From contig OZ245002.1 in assembly GCA_965223415.1 (NCBI GenBank), positions 5,216,001 to 5,280,000 of the forward strand: a stretch of 64,000 bases of DNA, in the 5' to 3' direction. Origin of the DNA: Myxococcota bacterium. GTDB lineage: Bacteria; Myxococcota_A; UBA9160; UBA6930. A program made the position numbers and the translations under genes. Shown here piece by piece: positions 48,632 to 59,548 of this stretch. Each line of letters opens with the position of its first letter. The stretch's first letter is position 1. The notes under the pieces are model-generated. The model did no database searches. It saw only the letters and a list, made by a program, of their open reading frames with translations, and had not been told where the DNA came from.

Positions 48632-49804
48632 TCAGCGCCTGCGGCGCTTGCGCCTCTTCCCCTTCTTCTTGGGAAGGGCGTACGGCGAGCTGAGCTCGCT
48701 GGCCACCTGGTTGCCGCTGCCGTCGTAGGCCTGGAGGAGGAAGCGGAGACGGCTCTTGCGTTTTCGGCTGCCGACGTTCGGCACGGTCCAATTGTGGCGG
48801 CCGTCGCCGTCGGCGGCGGAAAGGACGTGCCAGGCAGTCTTCTTCCAGCGACCGCTCTTCCGGCGTTCGATGCGGAAGAGCAGGTCCACGCTCGCCACGT
48901 CGGCGGTCCCCTGCCAGGTGAAGGTGGTCGCTGTGTTCGGAACGAGGGTTCCCGCGGGCGGCGCGGTGAGCGACACGCTGCTGGTCGGCACCGGCGGCGT
49001 GACGGGCGGCGGCGGCTGGGGCGGCGGCGGCGCCACGCTCGCCGTGTAGGCGGCGATCTGGGTGCGGCCGTGCTGGAGCGTGTGCACGGCGTCGGCCCCG
49101 TTCACCGGATCGTTGCGGTCGACGCCGCAGGGCAGGCCGTTGCAGGTGAGATTCGGACTCGAGAAGAGCGAGACCCTCGGCGCGCCGAAGGCCTGGGCGT
49201 AGGCCATCACCGTGGCGAAGCGGTTGTCGACCCCGTGCCCGAGCGCCCAAGGGAAGGTCCCGCCGCTCCCGTCCTGCCGGCGGGAGTGGGTGAGGCCCAT
49301 GTTGTGGCCGAGCTCGTGGGGGAGCACCACGTCCGAGCAGTCGATGGAAACGTGGCTGTAGCCGTAGCGACGCGAACGCGAGAAGTTGCCATTCGCCAAG
49401 TAGCCACCCACCCAGGCGACGCCGCACACGCCGTCGCCCACGTAGGGCCGCAGGAGCACCACCAGGTCCGCCCCGACCTGGCTCCGCTGGGCGTCGACGC
49501 CCTGGAAGACGCCCTGGTTCATCGTCACCTGGTCGAGGGCCGCATCGGAGCTGATCGTGTCGCTGACCGCGACCTCCTCGCGGTGAACGACCCGCAGGCG
49601 CAGGCCCGCCTCGCTGAGCCGATAGGCGTCGTTGGCGACGTTCACCACGTGGTTCACCCGGGTGTCCACGCCGCTGCCGTAGCGGGCCGTCACGCCCGGC
49701 GAGTAGAGCACGAGCAGGTCGATGGTCACCGGCGTCGGCTCCACCGCCTGGACGGCCGGACCGGCCACGAGGATCGCCAGGAGGACCAGCAGGCCACGCG
49801 TCAT
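48632..49804 (-). CDS. Secreted reprolysin-like (M12B-type) zinc metallopeptidase
   Basis: Signal peptide, TIDLLVLYS, ADLVVLL, CGVAW, HELGHNMGLTH, Met-turn TVMAY, Pro linker and polybasic tail. Confidence 0.92.
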   Translation of the reverse strand: MTRGLLVLLAILVAGPAVQAVEPTPVTIDLLVLYSPGVTARYGSGVDTRVNHVVNVANDAYRLSEAGLRLRVVHREEVAVSDTISSDAALDQVTMNQGVFQGVDAQRSQVGADLVVLLRPYVGDGVCGVAWVGGYLANGNFSRSRRYGYSHVSIDCSDVVLPHELGHNMGLTHSRRQDGSGGTFPWALGHGVDNRFATVMAYAQAFGAPRVSLFSSPNLTCNGLPCGVDRNDPVNGADAVHTLQHGRTQIAAYTASVAPPPPQPPPPVTPPVPTSSVSLTAPPAGTLVPNTATTFTWQGTADVASVDLLFRIERRKSGRWKKTAWHVLSAADGDGRHNWTVPNVGSRKRKSRLRFLLQAYDGSGNQVASELSSPYALPKKKGKRRKRRRR

Positions 49805-50493
49805 CCCGACACCTCCGGCGGCACCCGCTCGTCCGTGCGCGTCGGATCCACCAGCACCTGTTCGAGATCGTCGTAGAACACGGCCGCGGCACCGCCAACC
49901 CCTTCCACGAGGAAGCGGCCCTGGGCGGTGGCCACCTGGGCGAAGAGCGCGCGCTCGCCGAGGGTGAGGGTGAGGGCGTACTCGTCGTCGCTTCCGTCCA
50001 TCACCGCGCCCACGCCCCGGTCGCCGTTGGCGTGCTCGTTCACCCAGGACACGGTGCCCTCGACCTCGCCGATCCCAGGCAGCGGGATCGTGAAGTTGTC
50101 GCCGACCTCCAGGGCCAGGATCGCCTCCGGGTCGAGGCGCAGGCCGAACCGGGCAGGCCGGTAGTCGCCCACCGGGTGGTCGAAGAGGAAGGAGGCGCCC
50201 TCGTCGAGCTGCCACAGGCTGGGCAGCGGGCCGAGCTCGGGCGGGAGGGCCGCGAGCAGCGCCGGGGGCGCGCCTGCGGCGGGCTCACGCCGATCCGAGG
50301 GGGGCTCCCGCGTCGGCTCGTCGGGATCGGCGGCGACCCGCCCCTCGGAGGAACGCGATGCGGCGCCCTCGCGCGCGCCGGAGGCAGATGCCCCGGAAGC
50401 CGCGCTCTCCGGGCTCAGGGACGGCCGCTGGCCGGCCGCCAGGGCCAAGCCGACACCCAGGATCAGGGCCATCAGCCACCACGCCCGCGTCAA
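49801..50493 (-). CDS. Membrane-anchored protein resembling a reprolysin pro-domain/CpaB-like chaperone
   Basis: TTG start with GGAGG RBS, N-terminal TM, low-complexity linker, then FTIPLP...VNEHANGD...LTLTLG...FAQVATAQGRF. ATGA-coupled to the protease. Confidence 0.65.
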   Translation of the reverse strand: MTRAWWLMALILGVGLALAAGQRPSLSPESAASGASASGAREGAASRSSEGRVAADPDEPTREPPSDRREPAAGAPPALLAALPPELGPLPSLWQLDEGASFLFDHPVGDYRPARFGLRLDPEAILALEVGDNFTIPLPGIGEVEGTVSWVNEHANGDRGVGAVMDGSDDEYALTLTLGERALFAQVATAQGRFLVEGVGGAAAVFYDDLEQVLVDPTRTDERVPPEVSG

Positions 50494-50617
50494 TCCGCAC
50501 CTCCCTGGGGAACCTCCAGGAGCATCGGGAAGTGGAGCGACCCGGGACGTGAGCCAGGGCACTTTCTGCCCCGATTCGGCCTCCGATGGACCCGAGACCT
50601 CACCGCAAGGAGTCTCC

Positions 50618-51061
50618 ATGCGTCTTTCCCGCCCCACCCGGATCCTGCTCGTCGTGAGCCTCTCTTTCTGCCTCCTGGCTCCCAGCCTCGCCATGGCCAA
50701 GAAGAGCAAGAAGGCTCGCCGCCGCGCGGCCGCTGCGGCCCAGCACGGCATCGGCCCCGGGGGTGTGCCCGCCATGCGGGACATGCTGCTCGGCCGCATC
50801 CAGGAGCTCGACACCACGGTCCTGCTCCTCGACGCGCGGGTCACCGACCTCGAGATGCGCCTCCAGGCCCTCGAGGGCTTGGCCACCGACGACGACATGG
50901 ACGGCTTCAGCGAGAACCAGGGCGATTGCGACGACACGATGGCCGGCGTCTACCCCGGAGCCCCCGAGGATCCGGCCAACGGCATCGACGACGACTGTGA
51001 CGGCCTGATCGACGAGGCCGCGCCGGCGCCGGGCACGGGCACGGGCACGCCGACCCCTTAG
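50618..51061 (+). CDS. Secreted protein with coiled coil and MopE-related metal-binding motif
   Basis: Signal peptide; DDDMDGFSENQGDCDDTMAGVYPGAPEDPANGIDDDCDGLIDE. Confidence 0.8.
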   Translation: MRLSRPTRILLVVSLSFCLLAPSLAMAKKSKKARRRAAAAAQHGIGPGGVPAMRDMLLGRIQELDTTVLLLDARVTDLEMRLQALEGLATDDDMDGFSENQGDCDDTMAGVYPGAPEDPANGIDDDCDGLIDEAAPAPGTGTGTPTP

Positions 51062-51141
51062 GTCGCCTCCCCCCCGGTGAATGCACGGGGCGGTCGCCGC
51101 GTCGGATCCCGTGGGCCACGGCCCACTCGAAGGGAGCTTCC

Positions 51142-51360
51142 ATGCGCACGCAACGAGCCCGAACCCTCCTCCTCGCGACCCTCCTGGCCGGCAGCGTCGG
51201 CCTGATGGGGTGCCACCATCTCGTGCACCATCCCGGTCACCGCGGACATGGCCACGGGCACGGCAAGCACCACGGCAAGCACCACAAGAAACACCACGGG
51301 CATCACGGGAAGCACGGCGGCGGTCACCACCACGGTGGCGGCCACCACCACGGCAAGTAG
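51142..51360 (+). CDS. Small His/Gly/Lys-rich lipoprotein
   Basis: GGGAG RBS, lipobox LMGC, 23 His in a 49-aa mature region. Confidence 0.7.
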   Translation: MRTQRARTLLLATLLAGSVGLMGCHHLVHHPGHRGHGHGHGKHHGKHHKKHHGHHGKHGGGHHHGGGHHHGK

Positions 51361-51574
51361 CGGAGTGGCGCCTTCCGTCCGTCCCGCGTCCAGGCCGCCG
51401 CGGCGAGAGCGCGCAGGGCGTCGGTCTCCGAGAGCACGCCGACCAGCCTCCCCCGCCCGTGGACCACCGGCGGGCAGCGACCCGCCCGTCGCCGTTTCGC
51501 CGCCGACGGTCGAGGCGAATTGCCTCACTGATTCCCGCGCACTGGGGTGCGATACTCCGCAACGGAGGAACCCC

Positions 51575-53284
51575 ATGGCCGAGATCACCGGCGGCGAGCT
51601 GCTCGCTCGCTGCCTCGCCGCCGAGAACGTCCGCTTCGTGTTCGGGCTGCCGTGCCCGGAGATCGATCCGCTGCTCGCGTCGCTCGAGGCCCATGGCATC
51701 CGCCACGTCCCGCTGCGCCACGAGGCTGCGGGCGCCCACATGGCCGAGGGGGTCTACAAGACGACCGGCGCGGCCTCGGTCGTGCTCGGCAACCCGGGGC
51801 CCGGCTCGGCGAACCTGCTGCCGGGCGTGATCACCGCCCGCCACGAGGGCGTGCCGATGATCGCCCTCACCTCCCAGCACCGCCTCGGCCTCGTCTACCC
51901 CTCGCCCCCCTCCACCTTCCAGGGCCAGGACCAGCTCGACGCCTTCGGCCCCAGCGTGAAGTGGGGCGGCCCGATCCTCGAGTGGGCGCGCATCCCGGAG
52001 GTGACGCGGCTCGCCTTCCGCGAGATGTGGAGCGGCCGGCCCGGGCCGGTGCAGCTCGAGATCCCCGCTCCCGTCCTGTACGCGACCGGCGAGGAGGCCA
52101 GCACACCGGTCTGGGCGCCGGGGCAGTACCGGGCGGAGCCGCCCCAGGCCTCGGAATCCCAGCTCGAGCAGGTCGCCGGGCTCCTCGCAGCCGCCGAACG
52201 ACCCTTCGTGCTGGCCGGCTCCGGTGTCGACCGCGCCGGCGCCAACGCGGCGCTGCTGCGCCTCGTCGAGCTGCTCGATTGCCCCGTGCTCACCACCATG
52301 GCCGGCCGCGCCGTCGTCCCCCGCGACCACGGCCACGCCTTCTACCCCTACAGCAGCGCCGCCGACCGGGTGCGTCGCGAAGCCGACGTGGTGCTCGTGG
52401 TGGGCTCGCGGCTCGGCAACCTCGACCTGCCCTACGACAAGTACTGGGGCGACCCGGCCCGCCAGCAGATCGTGCAGATCGACGTGGACCCGCTCCACAT
52501 CGGCGTCACCCGCCCGGTGACCCTCGGCGTCGTCGGCGACGCGGCGCAGACCCTGGACGGGCTCGTGCGCGTGCTCGAGAAGCGGGGCGTGCAGCGCCAG
52601 GGCGCCGGCGACCTCACCCGCTACCGGGAGACCGAGGACGCCTGGTGGCAGGAGCAGCTCGCGGGCGTCGACGCCTGGAAGGAGGGCGGCCTGCATCCCG
52701 CCCACGCCATGCGCGCCATCGGCGAGGTGTTCGGCGGCGAGGCCATCTACGCCACCGACGGCGGCAACACCTCGCTGTGGGCCCACTGGCTGCTGCCCTC
52801 GACTCGCCCCCGCTCCTACCTGAACATCCTCGAGCTCGGCATGCTCGGCACCGGCATCCCCTCGGCGATCGGCGCCAAGCTGGCCAACCCGGAGCGCGAG
52901 GTCGTCTGCACGACCGGCGACGGCGCCGCCGGCTTCAACATGATGGAGATGCAGTCCGCCGCCCGGGAGGGCCTGAAGCTCACCACCATCGTCTTCGCCG
53001 AGGGCTCCTGGTCGATGGAGGAGCCGAACGAGCGCCTCACCTGGGGCAAGACCTTCGGCACCGACCAGGGCACGATCCGCTGGGACGTGGTGGGCGAGGG
53101 CCTCGGCTGCCGCGGCTACTACGTCGACTCGCTCGAAGGCCTGCGTCCCGCACTGGAAGCCGCCCGGGACGGCGACGGCCCCGCCGTCGTGTGCCTGCGC
53201 ACGAGCCGCGAGGCGAACCTGGCGACGCCGGGGGATCCGGCGATGCGCTTCGTGGAGGTGTATCAGGGGCCGATGGGCGGCTGA
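51575..53284 (+). CDS. ThDP-binding protein (acetolactate synthase-like superfamily)
   Basis: RHEAAGAHMAEG, PGPGSAN, TDGGNT, LGMLGTG, GDGAAGF; GGAGG RBS. Confidence 0.92.
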   Translation: MAEITGGELLARCLAAENVRFVFGLPCPEIDPLLASLEAHGIRHVPLRHEAAGAHMAEGVYKTTGAASVVLGNPGPGSANLLPGVITARHEGVPMIALTSQHRLGLVYPSPPSTFQGQDQLDAFGPSVKWGGPILEWARIPEVTRLAFREMWSGRPGPVQLEIPAPVLYATGEEASTPVWAPGQYRAEPPQASESQLEQVAGLLAAAERPFVLAGSGVDRAGANAALLRLVELLDCPVLTTMAGRAVVPRDHGHAFYPYSSAADRVRREADVVLVVGSRLGNLDLPYDKYWGDPARQQIVQIDVDPLHIGVTRPVTLGVVGDAAQTLDGLVRVLEKRGVQRQGAGDLTRYRETEDAWWQEQLAGVDAWKEGGLHPAHAMRAIGEVFGGEAIYATDGGNTSLWAHWLLPSTRPRSYLNILELGMLGTGIPSAIGAKLANPEREVVCTTGDGAAGFNMMEMQSAAREGLKLTTIVFAEGSWSMEEPNERLTWGKTFGTDQGTIRWDVVGEGLGCRGYYVDSLEGLRPALEAARDGDGPAVVCLRTSREANLATPGDPAMRFVEVYQGPMGG

Positions 53285-53844
53285 GCCGGAGACGGCCCGC
53301 GGGCGGGCCTAGCATGGCGGGCGTGCTCCCCACGCGCCCCGCAACGCGCCAGCTCTCCGCCTGCTCTGGGCTCGCCGCCCCGCTCCCGATCGGCGCCGGC
53401 GAAGACGCGCTCCCGGATGCGGTCGTCGCCGAGCGGACGCCGCGCGCCGCTCCGAGTCTTCCCCTCCCCGCAACGTGGGCCGGTGCAAGTCCCGCGGCTA
53501 CCCGCCTCGCTGGCACGTAGAATGACGCCATGGCCCCGGGCCCGGCGGACCGCTGATGGCGCTCCATGGCGCCAGGCCATGCCCCGGACATCCCTTCCGG
53601 CTCGACTTGGGCGGCCTCCGGGACCCTCTTCGATCGCTGGGGAGCCGAAGAGAGAAGATGGATTCCGTCCCACTGGCCCCTGCACGCCTGCGCAGCCAAG
53701 GCGATCGGTGGGCAGGTCGACAGGGGAGCGCTTCCTCGAGCCAGTGCCCAGCGGCTGACCTCGAGACGGAGTTCCCGGGGGCCACGCTCGCCCCACGAGA
53801 CAGGGCATGACCCTCGCCGCGTGGGCTAGAGATCGCGGCCACTC

Positions 53845-53921
53845 TGGTGGGGCGTACTGGACTCGAACCAGTGACCTCCGCGGTGTGAACACGGCGCTCT
53901 AGCCAACTGAGCTAACGCCCC
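53845..53921 (-). tRNA. tRNA-Val(CAC)
   Basis: GGGGCGTTAGCTCAGTTGGCTAGAGCGCCGTGTTCACACCGCGG...GGTTCGAGTCCAGTACGCCCCACCA. Confidence 0.97.
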
Positions 53922-54020
53922 GGGAGGGCCAAGGCCCTGCGGGTCGAGGGGTTTTAGGCGAGGGACCGGGGCGATGCAAGAACGGCCCGAGCGCGGCCGG
54001 GGCCTCGGCAGCGCCCGCGC

Positions 54021-54383
54021 TCAGCGAGGCGGCGGCCCCATCGGGATCACCTCGCGCACCTCCACCGGGCCGATCTCGGCGTGGGGGCACTGCTTCGCGA
54101 TCTCGATGGCCTGGGCCCGGTCCTCGGCCTCGATCATGAAGAAGCCGGCGATCATCTCCTTCGTCTCGGCGAAGGGGCCGTCGCTCACCAGGGGCTTTCG
54201 GTCCCGGATCTGGACGCGGGCTGCCTGGTCCATGCCGGTGAGGGGGTTGCCGCCGCGCATCCGGCCTTCCCGGGCCTGGGCGGCGGCGAACTCGCCCATC
54301 CGCTTCATCTCGGCCGCCTGGGCCTCCGGGCTCCCCCACTCGCGGGCGGGGTCGTCGACGACGATCAGCATGAAGAGGGGCAT
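54021..54383 (-). CDS. YciI (DGPF) family protein
   Basis: SDGPFAETKEMIAGFF, VEVREV. Confidence 0.92.
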   Translation of the reverse strand: MPLFMLIVVDDPAREWGSPEAQAAEMKRMGEFAAAQAREGRMRGGNPLTGMDQAARVQIRDRKPLVSDGPFAETKEMIAGFFMIEAEDRAQAIEIAKQCPHAEIGPVEVREVIPMGPPPR

Positions 54384-54437
54384 CGGTGGTGGTCCTCCAC
54401 GAGCCCGACGATTCGACCCGGCGGAACCGGACGTTTC

Positions 54438-56063
<1,626 letters not shown>

Positions 56064-56080
56064 GAGCTCTCCTGTGGAGT

Positions 56081-56548
56081 CTATCGGATGGCCGGGGCAG
56101 CTTCGGCGCGGGCGTCGTCGATGCGGATCTGGTGGATGGGCACGAAGGGCGAAGGGAGCCCAGCGGGCGGGAAGTAGCCGATCTCGAGGGTCTCCTCCGG
56201 CGTCGTGGGCTCGCCCTGCCCCACCGGTGTGGCCTCGAAGCACAGGTTCACCGCCTGGACCCGGTTGCCGTCCGGGTAGGCGATCACCTGGCGGGCCGGG
56301 TCGGAGTACACGCCGATCAGCCGGCCCACGTCGATCTCGACACCGGTCTCCTCGGCGACCTCCCGGGCGGCGGCGGCCGCGACCGTCTCGCCGGCCTCGA
56401 CGTAGCCGCCGGGGAGCCCCCAGTGGCCGTTGTCGCTCCGGCGCATGAGCAGGAGCTCGCTGCCGGGACCGCCCTTCCAGACGACGGCCGAGACCGAGAG
56501 GCGGATCTCCGTCGGATCGGCGGCGAAGTACGACGTCGTGGACGTCAT
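56081..56548 (-). CDS. NUDIX hydrolase
   Basis: [23 protein letters not shown]udix box. Confidence 0.93.
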   Translation of the reverse strand: MTSTTSYFAADPTEIRLSVSAVVWKGGPGSELLLMRRSDNGHWGLPGGYVEAGETVAAAAAREVAEETGVEIDVGRLIGVYSDPARQVIAYPDGNRVQAVNLCFEATPVGQGEPTTPEETLEIGYFPPAGLPSPFVPIHQIRIDDARAEAAPAIR

Positions 56549-56695
56549 CGGCCTGGCGATCCGGGTCTTGCCGCGCACGGCTGCGCCGTGGGGGAATGCG
56601 ACGGGACCGATCGGATGTCTCTCACCCCGAAGGAGTTCGGAGGGTTGTAGCGACCGGCCCGGGGCGCCGCAATTTCGCCCGCCGGAAACGGCGTT

Positions 56696-57730
56696 TCAGA
56701 GCGCCAGGGGCGCCTCCAGCAGGCCCTCGGTCTCGCCGAAGCCCGCCATCAGGTTGAGGCACTGCACGCCCTGCCCGGACGCACCCTTCACCAGATTGTC
56801 GATCGCCGAGAGCAGCACCACGGTGCCCGCGCGCTCGTCGGCGAAGACGTTCACGTCGCAGAAGTTGCTGCCCCGAACACTCGAGAGCTGCGGGGTCTCG
56901 CCGGGCGGCAGGATCCGCACGAAGGGCTCGTCCCCGTAGGCCCCGGCCAGGACGTCCCGCGCTTCGTCCTCGCCGAGGGGCCGCGTCGTGCGCAGGTAGA
57001 CCGAGGAGATGATGCCCCGGACCGTCGGCAGGAGATGGGGCACGAAGGTCACCCGCACCTCGCTCCCGGCAGCGGCCCCGGCCTCCTGCTCGATCTCCGG
57101 CGCGTGCCGGTGGCTTGCCACGGCGTAGGCCCGGGCGTTGCCGTCGAGCTCCGCCATGAGGAAATCCGCGTCCAGCTTGCGGCCGGCGCCGGAGACGCCG
57201 GACTTGCTGTCGACGTGGACGGCGTCGGTGAGGGCCAGGCCGGCCCGCAGGAACGGGATCATGGGGATCAGGACCGAGGTGGGATAGCAGCCGGCGGCCG
57301 CCACCAGGTCAGCCCCCCGGATCGCCTCCCGGTAGAGTTCCGGCAGGCCGTAGACGCCCTGGCCGAAGAGCTCCGGAGCGCCGTGGGGGCCGTAGGTGGC
57401 CTCGTAGACGGCCTTGTCGGTGAAGCGGAAGTCTGCCGAGAGGTCGACGACCCGCACCCCGGCCTTGCGCAGGCCCGCAGCCATGGGGGCGGCGGTGGCG
57501 TGGGGCAGGCACAGGATGGCCGCGTCGGCCCGCCGGGCCAGGGCCTCCGGATCGGCGCTCTCGAAGTGGAGGTCGACCACCCCGCGCAGGGCCGGGTAGG
57601 CCTCGCCCACCGCCTCCCCCGCCCGCTGCTCGCTGGTGGCGGCGACGATCTCGCAGTGGGGATGGCGATGCAGGATGCGCAGGGATTCGAGCCCGGTGTA
57701 CCCGCTCGCTCCGACGACGGCGATCCGCAT
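56696..57730 (-). CDS. argC: N-acetyl-gamma-glutamyl-phosphate reductase
   Basis: VGASGYTG, DLSADFR, YGLPE, GCYPT, SGVSGAG, DNLVKGASG. Confidence 0.97.
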   Translation of the reverse strand: MRIAVVGASGYTGLESLRILHRHPHCEIVAATSEQRAGEAVGEAYPALRGVVDLHFESADPEALARRADAAILCLPHATAAPMAAGLRKAGVRVVDLSADFRFTDKAVYEATYGPHGAPELFGQGVYGLPELYREAIRGADLVAAAGCYPTSVLIPMIPFLRAGLALTDAVHVDSKSGVSGAGRKLDADFLMAELDGNARAYAVASHRHAPEIEQEAGAAAGSEVRVTFVPHLLPTVRGIISSVYLRTTRPLGEDEARDVLAGAYGDEPFVRILPPGETPQLSSVRGSNFCDVNVFADERAGTVVLLSAIDNLVKGASGQGVQCLNLMAGFGETEGLLEAPLAL

Positions 57731-57752
57731 GGTCCTGTCTCCCTTGTGCTCC

Positions 57753-57785
57753 AAAACGAAACGGGAGGCCCGAAGGCCTCCCGTT
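57753..57785 (-). terminator. Intrinsic terminator after rpsI
   Basis: Minus strand AACGGGAGGCC-TTCG-GGCCTCCCGTT followed by TCGTTTT. Confidence 0.8.
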
Positions 57786-57809
57786 CGAGTGCGAACTGCT
57801 GGCGGAGGC

Positions 57810-58208
57810 CTAGCGCTTCGAGAACTGGAAACGCGCACGGGCGCCGCGCTGCCCGTACTTCTTCCGCTCGATCTTGCGCGCGTCCCGGGTGAGGAAGCCG
57901 GCCTTCTTCAGGGCGGCCCGCTGGGCCGGGTCGAGCTTCTCGAGGGCCCGGGCGATGCTGTGGCGCAGGGCGCCGGCCTGGCCGGCCACGCCGCCGCCCT
58001 TGATGCTGGCGGTGATGTCGTACTGGCCGCCGAGCCCCGTGGTGTCGAGGGGCTGGTGGATCATCTTCACCAGGCTCTCGCGCGGGAAGTACTCGCCTAT
58101 GGGCCGGCCGTTCACGATGATGTTGCCGACGCCGAGCTTCACGCGCACCCGCGCCACGGAGGTCTTGCGCCGGCCGGTGGCGGCGGCTTCGGTCTGGACT
58201 TCACTCAA
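57810..58208 (-). CDS. rpsI: 30S ribosomal protein S9
   Basis: [32 protein letters not shown]. Confidence 0.98.
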   Translation of the reverse strand: MSEVQTEAAATGRRKTSVARVRVKLGVGNIIVNGRPIGEYFPRESLVKMIHQPLDTTGLGGQYDITASIKGGGVAGQAGALRHSIARALEKLDPAQRAALKKAGFLTRDARKIERKKYGQRGARARFQFSKR

Positions 58209-58653
58209 GGACGAGCTCCTCGGGCTTCTGGGCCGCGTGGGGATGATCCGGGCCGGCGTATACCTTCAGCTTGCCGAGCATCTTCCGGCCGAGGTTGTTC
58301 TTCGGCAGCATGCCGCGCACCGCCCGGCGCACGACCCGATCGGCGTAGGGACCGGAGAGCAGCTTGTCCGCGGTGATCTCGCGCAGGCCGCCGGCCCAGC
58401 CCGAGTGGCGGTAGTAGGTCTTCGCCTCGCGCTTGCGGCCGGTGAGCTTCACCTTCTCCGCGTTGACCACGATCACGTAGTCGCCGGTATCGACGTGGGG
58501 CGTGAAGGACGGCTTGTGCTTGCCGCGCAGGATCGTCGCGACCCGGGTGGCGAGCCGGCCGAGCACCTGGTCCTCGGCGTCCACGACCAGCCAGCGCCGC
58601 TCGACCTCGGCGGACTTGGCACTGCGGGTGGCCTGGTGGGCCTGGACTCCCAT
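58201..58653 (-). CDS. rplM: 50S ribosomal protein L13
   Basis: [39 protein letters not shown]. Confidence 0.98.
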   Translation of the reverse strand: MGVQAHQATRSAKSAEVERRWLVVDAEDQVLGRLATRVATILRGKHKPSFTPHVDTGDYVIVVNAEKVKLTGRKREAKTYYRHSGWAGGLREITADKLLSGPYADRVVRRAVRGMLPKNNLGRKMLGKLKVYAGPDHPHAAQKPEELVLE

Positions 58654-58804
58654 GGGTGCGGTCCTCTTCTTCTGGCCACACGGGTGGCGAGCGGTGTTCG
58701 ATAGCAAGCCGGCCCCCCAGGGTCAAGCGAGGGGCACCGGTAAGCCGCCGGGATCCTGAGGGATTCTCGGCTCCGGCCTCCCCTCGGAGCCGCCGGCGAC
58801 CGGC

Positions 58805-59545
58805 TCAGGCCTCTACGCGGACCAGGGTCAGGCCGCGGGCGGGAGCCGTGGGACCGGCGGCGGACCGCTCGCGGGCGACCAGCGCCGCGGCGGCCCAGCC
58901 GGGCTCCCGGCGGCCGAGGCCGATCTCGAGGAGCGTCCCGACCAGGTTGCGGACCATGTGGCGCAGGAAGCCGTCCCCCTCGGCCAGGAGGACGACCTCG
59001 CCGCCGGCGAAGCCCCGCACCTCGAGCCCACGCAGGCTCCGGACCGTGTCGGACACGCTCGAGCCCGCGGCCTGGAACGAGGCGAAGTCGTGGGTGCCCC
59101 GGAGGGAGGCGGCGCCCTCCTGCATGGCCGGAAGGTCGAGGGGCGGGGGCACGTGGTGCCAGCGGCGCGCGCGCAGGGGCGAGGCCTCCCGCCCGTTCCA
59201 GACCTGGTAGCGGTAGAGCTTCCCCCGGGCCGCGTAGCGGGGGTTCCAGCCGTCCGGCGCCGCCGCGCACGCCACCACCGCGAGGTCCGCCGGGAGCTTC
59301 GCGTTCAGGGCGCGCATCAGCGTCGGAGGATCGAGGCGGGTCGCGAAGCTCGCCGCCGCGAGCTGGCCCTCCGCGTGGACGCCGGTGTCGGTGCGCCCCG
59401 CGCCCTTCGCCACCACCGGCACGCCCGCGATCGCGGCGAGCGCGCCCTCCAGCTCCGCCTGCACCGAGCGGTGGCCGTCCGGCTGGCGCTGCCAGCCCTC
59501 GAAGTCCGTGCCGTCGTACTCCACGGTCAGGCGGAAGGTGGGCAC
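58805..59545 (-). CDS. truA: tRNA pseudouridine(38-40) synthase
   Basis: YDGTDFEGWQRQ, GRTDTGVHA, GTHDFASF, FLRHMVR, GPTAPARGL. Confidence 0.97.
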   Translation of the reverse strand: MPTFRLTVEYDGTDFEGWQRQPDGHRSVQAELEGALAAIAGVPVVAKGAGRTDTGVHAEGQLAAASFATRLDPPTLMRALNAKLPADLAVVACAAAPDGWNPRYAARGKLYRYQVWNGREASPLRARRWHHVPPPLDLPAMQEGAASLRGTHDFASFQAAGSSVSDTVRSLRGLEVRGFAGGEVVLLAEGDGFLRHMVRNLVGTLLEIGLGRREPGWAAAALVARERSAAGPTAPARGLTLVRVEA

Positions 59546-59548
59546 GGA

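Noticed and set aside
51111..51126. GTGGGCC-AC-GGCCCAC inverted repeat before the His-rich gene as a metal-regulator operator
   Set aside because: A 7-bp GC-rich arm is near chance level in this genome and matches no operator I recognise.
53470..53530. Cobalamin riboswitch or second sigma54 promoter
   Set aside because: GGTGCAAGTCC is present but the GGGAA and ACTG elements are not; TGGCACG is not followed by a -12 TTGC.
46255..53921. Genomic island or prophage bounded by tRNA-Arg and tRNA-Val
   Set aside because: No integrase or phage genes, no duplicated tRNA 3' end found by eye, and no evident compositional shift.
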